A program made the position numbers and the translations under genes. The notes beneath the pieces were generated by a model, which did no database searches, was not told the origin of the DNA, and worked only from the letters and a program-made list of their open reading frames with translations. From positions 1 through 15,391 of the forward strand of contig JANOTL010000082.1 of NCBI GenBank assembly GCA_031416315.1: 15,391 nucleotides of DNA, given 5' to 3'. This DNA is from Pseudomonadota bacterium. Its GTDB lineage: Bacteria > Bdellovibrionota_B > Oligoflexia > Oligoflexales > CAIYRB01. Below are positions 1-7,012 of the stretch, piece after piece. Every line of letters starts with the position of its first letter. Position 1 is the first letter of the stretch.

Positions 1-1
1 C

Positions 2-187
2 GCCGCCCTTGTCATCGGTGCCATCCTGCTCTTCTACGGCCTGAGCGAACGCGACTCGGTAACCTCCCAAGTGAAAGAGGTCTTCACCGGGTCCCCGACC
101 AACAACTCCGTTCTCCTCATGGCCTGTGGCGGTGGCTTGGCAGCGGTAGGCTTGGGGCTGCTTGTCTTCGGGAAGAAGAGCGTTTGA
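2..187 (+). CDS. 3' part of a small two-TM membrane protein, DUF3185-like (5' end outside the window)
   Basis: Not in the ORF track. Frame 2 reads AALVIGAILLFYGLSERDSVTSQVKEVFTGSPTNNSVLLMACGGGLAAVGLGLLVFGKKSV*, with TGA at 185-187. Two hydrophobic segments flank S..S....FTGSPT, the motif I recall for DUF3185. Confidence 0.75.
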   Translation, partial: AALVIGAILLFYGLSERDSVTSQVKEVFTGSPTNNSVLLMACGGGLAAVGLGLLVFGKKSV

Positions 188-277
188 CCGACCGTCGCTT
201 CCGTTCCGACCGTGGTCGTTGCAACCGACTAATCTGACTGGCGAATCGTTCTGACCGCTGCAAACCGAGCGAAGCAC

Positions 278-306
278 TCAAGATCGCGGACGTTGCCTCC
301 GAATTT
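278..306 (+). promoter_or_regulatory. Candidate sigma28 (FliA)-type promoter of the NHL lipoprotein gene
   Basis: TCAAG (278-282), 16 nt, then CCGAATTT (299-306), followed by GGAGG (319-323) and an in-frame GTG at 331. Confidence 0.5.
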
Positions 307-330
307 AGAGTGATCAAGGGAGGTTCGTTC

Positions 331-3300
331 GTGCGCGCGCCCGGCTCGATTTTGGCACGGTTATGCTTCTGGCTCGCTGTCATCAGCGTAGCCCCGAGCT
401 GCTCAAAATCGTCGATCGCTGCGAAGTCCAAGAGCGGCGCGCCGGAGGCAGCCGGTCCATACTCGCAAAAAAAGTTCGCCGCGGGTGAGGCGGCCGCCTG
501 GTCGCCGGGCGCGGCACTCGCCGGTTTCGAGCTCGCCTTTCCCGCGGGTGCGCTGACCACTCCGGTCGTGATCACGGCGACCCTGCTAGGGACTCCGGCT
601 GCACCAGTCCTGCGCCTTGAAAGCACCCCTCCCGTCGTCATCCCCGGCATGACCGTAAGACCGCCGACGGCTCTGACCGCGTCGCTCGGCGCCGCCTCCG
701 CCTCGGCCATCTTCTTTTTGTCTAAGGACGGAGCCGAGGTTCAGCTCGCGCGCACCGCAGTTCCCGACGGTCTCACGCTGGCGCTGCCGTATTTCGGGGA
801 GATCCGCGCCGCCGTTCCCGCACCGCTCCCGGAACTCACCGACCTCAGCCTCGCCTTCGCGCCGCCCGCCGTGATCGACACGTCGAGCGATGTCATTTTC
901 ACGTTTACAACGACGCATCCCGGCACCTTCGCCCTTAGCGTCGAAGGCGCGGCTGTCGCCAGCGGCGCCGCCTCCAGCGGCGCCAACGAAGTCGCGGTGT
1001 CCAGCAGCCTCTTTCCTTCGCGCGACTTCACCGCGGTTCTCCGTCTCGACGTCACCGACGCGCAAGGACGCAGCGTAACAGTCGAACGCGAAGTCGCCCT
1101 CGATCATTCGCCGCCTGCGGTAACGCTGTCGACCGTCCCAGCCCTGCTGCAGGGCGGCACGGCGCTCACGGTGGAGTGGACCGCAATCGACGTCTTTCCG
1201 ACGTCGCCGCCCTCTTCAATCTTGGAATACTTCGACGGTCAGTGGCACACGATCGTAACGAGCGAAGACCCCGTCGCCGCCGTCAACTGGACGGTTCCGC
1301 CGATTACAGGGTCGATGCGCTTGCGCGTTTCCACCACCGACGCATCTGGCAAGACCGCGAGCCTCGAATCCTCCGTGATCGTCGTCGACTCGACGCCGCC
1401 CGCGCCGCCGCAGGCGAGTTTCGTCGCGCCGCGCGAGCTCACGCGCCTGACCGAGTCGCCGAACCTCGCCCTCACGCTCGCCACTTGCGCCGACGCCGCG
1501 CAGATGCTTCTCAGCGAAAGTACGAGCGCGCCGGCCGAAGGGTGGCAAGCTTGCAGCACCGACCCTGGAGCGTTGACCGCGGTCCTCGCGCCGGCGCCAG
1601 CTGGCTGGCGAGAGCTTCGCATCTTTTTGCGCGATCTCGTCGGCAACGTATCTGCGGGCGGCCCGGTGACGGTTTTCTTCGAGCCTAGCGACGCCGATGT
1701 GCATGTGTTTGGCCAACCGACGCAGTACTCGGTCGCGACCTTCGGTGCTGAGATGCGCGGCGACACTTATCATGCGCCGGTTTCCTTTGTGAAGATCTCC
1801 GGCCTCTGGGTCGTCAGCGACTACATCAACAAACGCGTGCTGATTTACAACGGTGCGATGGGGACTGACGACTATCTGCAAATCGGCGGCAAGCGCGCCC
1901 CGTTCGAGCCAGTCAGCGCCGGCGTCATCGGGCGTCCAGCCCAGGTTGCGAGCAACGGCCAGAATTTGATCGTCGTCGATCAAGACCATGCGCGAGTCTT
2001 GATTTGGAACCAACTGCCCACCCGTTCGTTCCAGCCGGCTGACCTCGTCATCGGGCAGAGCAGCTTTTCAGGCTACACGCCTTGGGCTGGAGGGCCAGGC
2101 CCAAGCGCCGCGTCGTTTTACGAGCCGTTCGGCGCCGTCATGGTGGGGAAAAAGCTGGCGATCAGCGACTTCACTCACGACGCAGGTTCCGGCCGTGTGA
2201 CGGTGTTCAATCATCTGCCGACCGCGAACGGCGCGAGCGCCGACACCGTCCTCGGCCAACCGAGCATGACCTCCTACGTTCCGCAGCCGCTGAGTGCCGG
2301 GCAAATTAGCCTTCCCGCGCAACTCGATTCCGACGGCCTACGCCTTTCGGTGCCGAGCAGCTATCCAATGCGCGTGACCATTTTCAACAGCCTTCCGAAC
2401 GCCTTGCCGCCCGGTTCGTCGGCGCAAGTCGTCCTCGGCCAAACGAGCTTTATGTCGTCCGATTACGGGTTAACCCGTTCGAGTTTTTTTCGCCCCATGC
2501 ACGCGGCATTTGCCGGCGACCGCATCTACGTGTCGGATTGGCCCGGAAGTCGCCTCATGTACTGGAGCGACGAAACCTCCGAAGGCAGCGCCGGCGACGC
2601 CGCCGGAGTCGTCGGCCAAGCGGATTTCGTCACGAACCCCGGCGGCTACTCGCAGTCTTTGCTCGGAGACGCGTTCTTCTCGCGTTACGATCCCGATGAC
2701 GATGAGACCTACGTCGCCAATCGCAATGCCAGTCGCATCGCCGTTTACGCTGGTCGTCCCGACTCCGGCGCCTCGATCAAGCGCATCATTGGTCAGCCGA
2801 ATCATACTGCCGTCATGCCCAACCGACGGAACGCCGGGACGCCTGGCGGCCTCGTTGAAGCCTTTGGAGTGTGGGCGACCGACACGCGCCTCTTGGTCTC
2901 CGACGGTGCCGCGGGGCGGGTCCTCGTCTACGACCGAGCGCTTCCGAGCGTCGACCCGCTGGCCGTCATCGGTAAGGCGGACTCGTCCGACACCTGCCTT
3001 TTGCGCGCGTGCACGCCTTCGGCGACCGTGATGACCTCGCCGCGCGGGATCACGATGGACGGTTCCGGCAAGCTCTACATCGCCGACTCCGCGGCCAACC
3101 GTGTGCTGGTTTACGACGGCGTCCCGACCGTGACGGGTGCCGCCGCGGCGCTCGTCCTTGGGCAAAGCGACTTCGCAGGTTCGGCGGCGAACGCCGGTGC
3201 CCTAAGTGAAACCTCTCTCAGCAGCCCTTCGAGCTTGGCCGTCGCGAACGGCATGCTGTGGGTCGCCGACAGCGGCAATCACCGCATCCTCGGTTTCCCG

Positions 3301-3834
3301 CTGCCGATCGTCGCCAACCGTCCCCAGGCGACGATCGTCCTCGGTCAAAGCGGATTCACCACGGCAAGCTCGGCGACGACCGCCACGACCTTGAGCCATC
3401 CGACGGCGATTCGCGCCGCGAGCGGCCGCCTTTGGGTCGTCGACGCCGGCAATGCCCGGGTTCTCGGCTATGCGCTCGCCGCGGCGAGCGGCGATGCCGC
3501 GGAGATCGTCCTGGGCCAAGCCGATTTTACCAGCGGCCTCGGCAACGTGGCGAAGGGCCGCTTTTCCACGAACATGAGTGACGCGCTGTGGGTCGTCGAC
3601 GGGGATCTCTTGGTCGGCGACGCCGGAAACAGCCGCATGACCGGCTACCAACTCGCCGCTGTTGTTTCAGGTCAGGCGCCGACGTGGACGATCAGCGGCC
3701 GCGCGCGCCCGCGCGCTTTCGCGGCGAGCGCAGGCGCCGACCCTTGGTTCTACGTCGCCGAGGACGGGCACGTCGGCACCAACCGCGTCATTGGCGTCAA
3801 AAAGACCAAGCTAGCGACCATGCGCGATCCGTGA
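331..3834 (+). CDS. Large putative lipoprotein: ZU5-like N-terminal region, Ig-like/Big repeats and C-terminal NHL-repeat beta-propellers
   Basis: ORF 310..3834, but GTG 331 has a GGAGG RBS 7 nt upstream and is the more likely start. Hydrophobic signal ends in VAPSC. FPAGALTTPVVIT is ZU5-like. DHSPPAVTL, DSTPPAPP and RDLVGNVS are Ig-like linkers. About 10 repeats of [VI][VLI]GQ.[DS]F alternate with L.[VI]AD..N.R[VI]L (NHL). Confidence 0.85.
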   Translation: MRAPGSILARLCFWLAVISVAPSCSKSSIAAKSKSGAPEAAGPYSQKKFAAGEAAAWSPGAALAGFELAFPAGALTTPVVITATLLGTPAAPVLRLESTPPVVIPGMTVRPPTALTASLGAASASAIFFLSKDGAEVQLARTAVPDGLTLALPYFGEIRAAVPAPLPELTDLSLAFAPPAVIDTSSDVIFTFTTTHPGTFALSVEGAAVASGAASSGANEVAVSSSLFPSRDFTAVLRLDVTDAQGRSVTVEREVALDHSPPAVTLSTVPALLQGGTALTVEWTAIDVFPTSPPSSILEYFDGQWHTIVTSEDPVAAVNWTVPPITGSMRLRVSTTDASGKTASLESSVIVVDSTPPAPPQASFVAPRELTRLTESPNLALTLATCADAAQMLLSESTSAPAEGWQACSTDPGALTAVLAPAPAGWRELRIFLRDLVGNVSAGGPVTVFFEPSDADVHVFGQPTQYSVATFGAEMRGDTYHAPVSFVKISGLWVVSDYINKRVLIYNGAMGTDDYLQIGGKRAPFEPVSAGVIGRPAQVASNGQNLIVVDQDHARVLIWNQLPTRSFQPADLVIGQSSFSGYTPWAGGPGPSAASFYEPFGAVMVGKKLAISDFTHDAGSGRVTVFNHLPTANGASADTVLGQPSMTSYVPQPLSAGQISLPAQLDSDGLRLSVPSSYPMRVTIFNSLPNALPPGSSAQVVLGQTSFMSSDYGLTRSSFFRPMHAAFAGDRIYVSDWPGSRLMYWSDETSEGSAGDAAGVVGQADFVTNPGGYSQSLLGDAFFSRYDPDDDETYVANRNASRIAVYAGRPDSGASIKRIIGQPNHTAVMPNRRNAGTPGGLVEAFGVWATDTRLLVSDGAAGRVLVYDRALPSVDPLAVIGKADSSDTCLLRACTPSATVMTSPRGITMDGSGKLYIADSAANRVLVYDGVPTVTGAAAALVLGQSDFAGSAANAGALSETSLSSPSSLAVANGMLWVADSGNHRILGFPLPIVANRPQATIVLGQSGFTTASSATTATTLSHPTAIRAASGRLWVVDAGNARVLGYALAAASGDAAEIVLGQADFTSGLGNVAKGRFSTNMSDALWVVDGDLLVGDAGNSRMTGYQLAAVVSGQAPTWTISGRARPRAFAASAGADPWFYVAEDGHVGTNRVIGVKKTKLATMRDP

Positions 3835-3863
3835 AGCGCGTAGCGCCCCGGGCGGTTTGACGC

Positions 3864-3890
3864 AAAAAAACGCGGCTCCGAAAGCCGCGT
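3864..3890 (-). terminator. Rho-independent terminator of the CAP-domain gene
   Basis: Minus strand reads ACGCGGCT-TTCGG-AGCCGCGT followed by a T run (A7 at 3864-3870 on +), about 20 nt past the stop at 3911, between convergent genes. Confidence 0.8.
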
Positions 3891-3910
3891 CGTCCTTGAC
3901 TCATTTGGGG

Positions 3911-4726
3911 TTAAAGCGAGCAACTCGCCAGTATCAACTCGTTGCAATCCTGACCACCCGACTGCACGCAGCGCTGGCGAGCCTGCATTCCGGCGGCGTT
4001 GATGGCCGGCATGCCGTTGCCGCCCGCGAGGCCCGCGCCCCAGGCGCCGGTGCTCGGATCGCGTTTCACGACGCCGCAGCCCTTGCGGTAGCTCAGCGCG
4101 AGGGTGCAGTCGTCGGAGGCGTTCGAGCAGAGGCTCATCGCCTCGGCTAGGGCGGCGGCGGCGCTCGCTTTGTCCTTCGACGCGATCGCGGCGCCGAGCT
4201 TTGGGGAGTAGGCGATCGCGCCCCAGGAGCCGTCGCCGTTGACCGCTGCTGAGCCGAAGTTTTGCACGTAGATGTGCTTGCCGTCCGCGACGGTGATGGC
4301 TAGGCCGACGCCGAGCTCCGTGTAAATCGGGTTCAGAATGTTGGCGCGGTGGCCCGGGCTCGCCATCCACGCGGTGAGGGCGGCTTCGGGCGAAGTGTAC
4401 GAAGTGCTGCCAAAGCCGTTGTAGATGTTTTCGCCAGTCGTACTCTGCGCTTCGTAGCCAAGGGCCAAGATGCGATCACGCGGGGTGAGGCCCTCGGGCG
4501 AATTGTGGCCGAAGTAGTTACGGCGCGACTGGTCGTCGGCGTGGATCTGCGCCGCCTGCTGCAGGAAGCCGGAGACGCGCAGCTCGCGCACGCCGTTGGC
4601 GCGGCGCTCGGCATTGGTGAGGTCTACGACCTTTTGAACGAAAGCGGGGTCGTGCTCCTGCGCGTAGGCGTCGACTGCAAGGAAGGAAGAGAGGACGGTC
4701 AGTGCGATCAGGATCTGCGTTACCAT
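3911..4726 (-). CDS. Secreted CAP/SCP (YkwD-like) domain protein with a C-terminal DUF4189 domain
   Basis: Sec signal ending AYA-Q. CAP motifs: LTNAERRANG, AAQIHADD, YFGHNSPEG, GENI, WMASPGHRANIL, GVG, VQNFG. The C-terminal WGAIAYSP...C...C...CG...WGAG...C...C...CS pattern (6 Cys) is typical of DUF4189. Confidence 0.9.
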   Translation of the reverse strand: MVTQILIALTVLSSFLAVDAYAQEHDPAFVQKVVDLTNAERRANGVRELRVSGFLQQAAQIHADDQSRRNYFGHNSPEGLTPRDRILALGYEAQSTTGENIYNGFGSTSYTSPEAALTAWMASPGHRANILNPIYTELGVGLAITVADGKHIYVQNFGSAAVNGDGSWGAIAYSPKLGAAIASKDKASAAAALAEAMSLCSNASDDCTLALSYRKGCGVVKRDPSTGAWGAGLAGGNGMPAINAAGMQARQRCVQSGGQDCNELILASCSL

Positions 4727-4795
4727 GGTGTAGGCCTTTGGTTTTGGGATGGGGTGCTCGTCTCACCTCCCGAAACGCCGCGCCCGGGTGTTTGC

Positions 4796-4817
4796 TGCAT
4801 CTATATATTTATGTCAA
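4796..4817 (-). promoter_or_regulatory. Sigma70-like -35 box (TTGACA) overlapped by an AT-rich imperfect palindrome, upstream of the CAP gene
   Basis: TGTCAA at 4812-4817 is TTGACA on the minus strand. CATCTATATATTTATG (4798-4813) is self-complementary at 12 of 16 positions. No good -10 box at canonical spacing. Confidence 0.35.
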
Positions 4818-4975
4818 TTATTCTGGCGTGTTGCCCTGTCGGCTGCAAGCGCGACGCGCCGAAGACCCCAGCTCGCGAGCGCCGACGCCGACCTTGAGGA
4901 CGGCCCTGAGCTCTGCCTAAGCCACCGTCTCGTGAAAGGGTTGCCAGTGACCCTCAGTTTCAACGGAGCATCTCC

Positions 4976-6523
4976 ATGACGCGCCTCGCTCCTTGCCTCG
5001 CCTTCGCCGCCGCCGCCGGTGCCTTCGTATTCGCCTGCAAATCGACGGACCCCACCAAGAGCCGGACGCTAGACGCCACCGTCCTACCCGGGACCACCGC
5101 GGTGCCGCCTCGCGAGGACGTCTCGTATCGCGCGCTCGGCGTTTCGCCCGACTGCAATGAGAAGGCGTTCTCCTATTCGGAGCTGCTCGAGATCGCGCGC
5201 AGGCCAGAAATCAAGACGCAACAAGAATTCCTCGACGCCCTGCCGAAAGGCATCATGCAGACCTTCACGTTGATGCACGTCAGTGAGAGCGCGCAGGCCG
5301 AGGGCGTCTCCGAGGACTTTCCCGGCGCGATCCGCATGACGCAGGACGGCCGCCTCGTCTTTCGCTACACCTGCGATCCGCGCTCGCCGGTGTACGGCGG
5401 CATCGAGGTGATGCGCTTCGACGAGCCGACGCAGAGTTTCCATTTCACCGAGATCCACTTCCCCAACGAGATCCCCGAGCGTGTCCGCGAGGACGCCGAG
5501 GACTGCGACGGCTGCCACGACCATGGCGGCGGCGGGCTCAGGCCACATTGGGCGATGTATCCCGACTGGCCGGGATTCTTCGGCAGCCACGACGATTTCT
5601 TCCCGACGGGGACGCCGAAGGACGTCGAGCAAGTCTCGCACGCAGCGGGCTGGGCACCGACTGCGGTCGCAAAGGAGCACGAAATCTTCCGCCGGTTCCT
5701 CGACGCGAAGGTCCTCAAGAACGACGCGAAGGGCGTGTCCCCCGATCCGTGCTACGCGGCATTGCCCTGGCCCAAGCCCTTCCTCGAAGGGGGTACGGTG
5801 CCGCCCCTCTACGCCGAATATCCGTTCGGGACCTACAATGCTCACGCCGGCGGTCGTATCTACGCTCTCAGGCCGAACCTCAAGCTGACCGAGATCTTTT
5901 CCAAGCTCCTGGCGCGACGCAACACGCGTCACATACTCGCGCACGCCGAGTATCCGAAAGTAAAGCTCCTGCTAGCGTTTGAAGCCGCGCGATGCATGGC
6001 TCGGCCGCTCGCGGGTAATCGGAAGATCAGTTACGCGCAGCTACACGGCTTGATGAAAAAGGCGCTTCCTGCGTACGTGGCACCGCTCGCGAGCCAGGCG
6101 ACGGCGGTGGATTTACGCGGCAACAAGATGCTGCACCACGATCCGCGCCATCCCAAAAGCCTCGCCCAAAGTCTTTTCGGCGCGGCCAAGGTCATGGGGC
6201 TCGAAGGCAGCGACTGGACCCTCGTCTACAGCGGCGACTCGCCCGCCTTCGAGACCGGCGCCGGTCCCGGCGCCAACGCCGATTTCCCAGGCGACTTGCC
6301 GCTCACCGCATACGTCCAGCACGAGATCCTGGCCGACGTCGCCACCGACCCGCGCGTGGCCGACGCGGCGCTCGCGAGCCTATGGACGCGCGGCACCGGC
6401 GAGACTGACGACTTCGGCGAGCACTTCGCGTGTATCGACCAACTCGCGGGACCGACAGTGTTCAAGAGCGAAGCGGCGCGTGTCGGCGTTTGCGACGCCT
6501 TGGCGAAGCTGATCCAGCCTTAA
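4976..6523 (+). CDS. Putative lipoprotein with one CxxCH heme c motif, function unknown
   Basis: GGAG RBS at 4965-4968. Lipobox AFVFAC (Cys21). CDGCH near 5503-5517 is followed by LRPHWAMYPDWPGFFGSHDD. 515-aa ORF with GC3-biased codons. Confidence 0.8.
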   Translation: MTRLAPCLAFAAAAGAFVFACKSTDPTKSRTLDATVLPGTTAVPPREDVSYRALGVSPDCNEKAFSYSELLEIARRPEIKTQQEFLDALPKGIMQTFTLMHVSESAQAEGVSEDFPGAIRMTQDGRLVFRYTCDPRSPVYGGIEVMRFDEPTQSFHFTEIHFPNEIPERVREDAEDCDGCHDHGGGGLRPHWAMYPDWPGFFGSHDDFFPTGTPKDVEQVSHAAGWAPTAVAKEHEIFRRFLDAKVLKNDAKGVSPDPCYAALPWPKPFLEGGTVPPLYAEYPFGTYNAHAGGRIYALRPNLKLTEIFSKLLARRNTRHILAHAEYPKVKLLLAFEAARCMARPLAGNRKISYAQLHGLMKKALPAYVAPLASQATAVDLRGNKMLHHDPRHPKSLAQSLFGAAKVMGLEGSDWTLVYSGDSPAFETGAGPGANADFPGDLPLTAYVQHEILADVATDPRVADAALASLWTRGTGETDDFGEHFACIDQLAGPTVFKSEAARVGVCDALAKLIQP

Positions 6524-6589
6524 TTGACAGGCGAGGTCCAAGTACATGCGCGCGTTGTACGCCTTCGCGCGCGGCGGAATCGGCTCTGA

Positions 6590-6652
6590 TAGCTAGTTTC
6601 TGGCGCGGAACGAGCCAGAAGCTATCCTGAGGGCGAAGCCCGAAGGATCTCG
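6590..6652 (+). repeat. Left inverted-repeat arm: outer hairpin plus REP-like ATCCTGAGGGCGAAGCCCGAAGGATCT
   Basis: TAGCTAGTTTCTGGCGCGGAACGAGCCAGAAGCTATCCTGAGGGCGAAGCCCGAAGGATCTCG. Confidence 0.95.
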
Positions 6653-6780
6653 TCGATTACAACGCCGACCTCCGCAGACAAATCACGACGCTCATGATTA
6701 CCAAGGTCGACGATCGCGTCTTTCTTGGCGCGGCTAAGCCCCTTGAGCTGACGCTCGCGGCGCCGCGCAGAAGGGAAGTC
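6622..6780 (-). pseudogene. Remnant of a small GIY-YIG (YhbQ/UPF0213-like) nuclease gene, C-terminal part only
   Basis: Minus frame from 6780 reads DFPSARRRERQLKGLSRAKKDAIVDLGNHERRDLSAEVGVVIDEILRASPSG*. This matches the family tail as I recall it, A..RE.Q[IL]K.W.R.KK..LI...NP.W.DL. There is an in-frame TAG at 6826-6828, no start codon and no N-terminal GIY/YIG motifs. Confidence 0.65.
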
Positions 6781-6949
6781 CAGACGCAGCAGAATGAAAA
6801 GCGATGCGGCAACGCTCGCCGCGGGCTACGGCTCTATCATTGGCATCTATCTGCGGCAGATGATCAAGAAGCAGAGCGATACCTCAGCGAAAGCAGCATA
6901 GAGCAAACGCCACGGCGGGCCGAAAGGCGCGAGCGGAGGTGCAATCGGG

Positions 6950-7012
6950 CGAGATCCTTCGGGCTTCGCCCTCAGGATAGTTTCTGGCGCGTTCCGCGCC
7001 AGAAACTAGCTA
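6950..7012 (-). repeat. Right inverted-repeat arm, containing a perfect 14-bp-stem hairpin (6978-7008)
   Basis: CGAGATCCTTCGGGCTTCGCCCTCAGGA-TAGTTTCTGGCGCG-TTC-CGCGCCAGAAACTA-GCTA. Its last 3 nt are the stop codon of the dikinase-like gene. Confidence 0.95.

Larger units (their letters stand above)
6590..7012. mobile_element. 423-bp MITE/REP-like element bounded by 63-bp terminal inverted repeats
   Basis: 6590-6652 and 6950-7012 are reverse complements with 2 mismatches (6613, 6621), plus about 10 bp of looser extension inward. The element lies between convergent genes. Mobility is inferred, not shown. Confidence 0.65.

Noticed and set aside
6590..7012. CRISPR array or intact IS
   Set aside because: Only two copies, inverted rather than direct, with no spacers, cas genes or transposase ORF.
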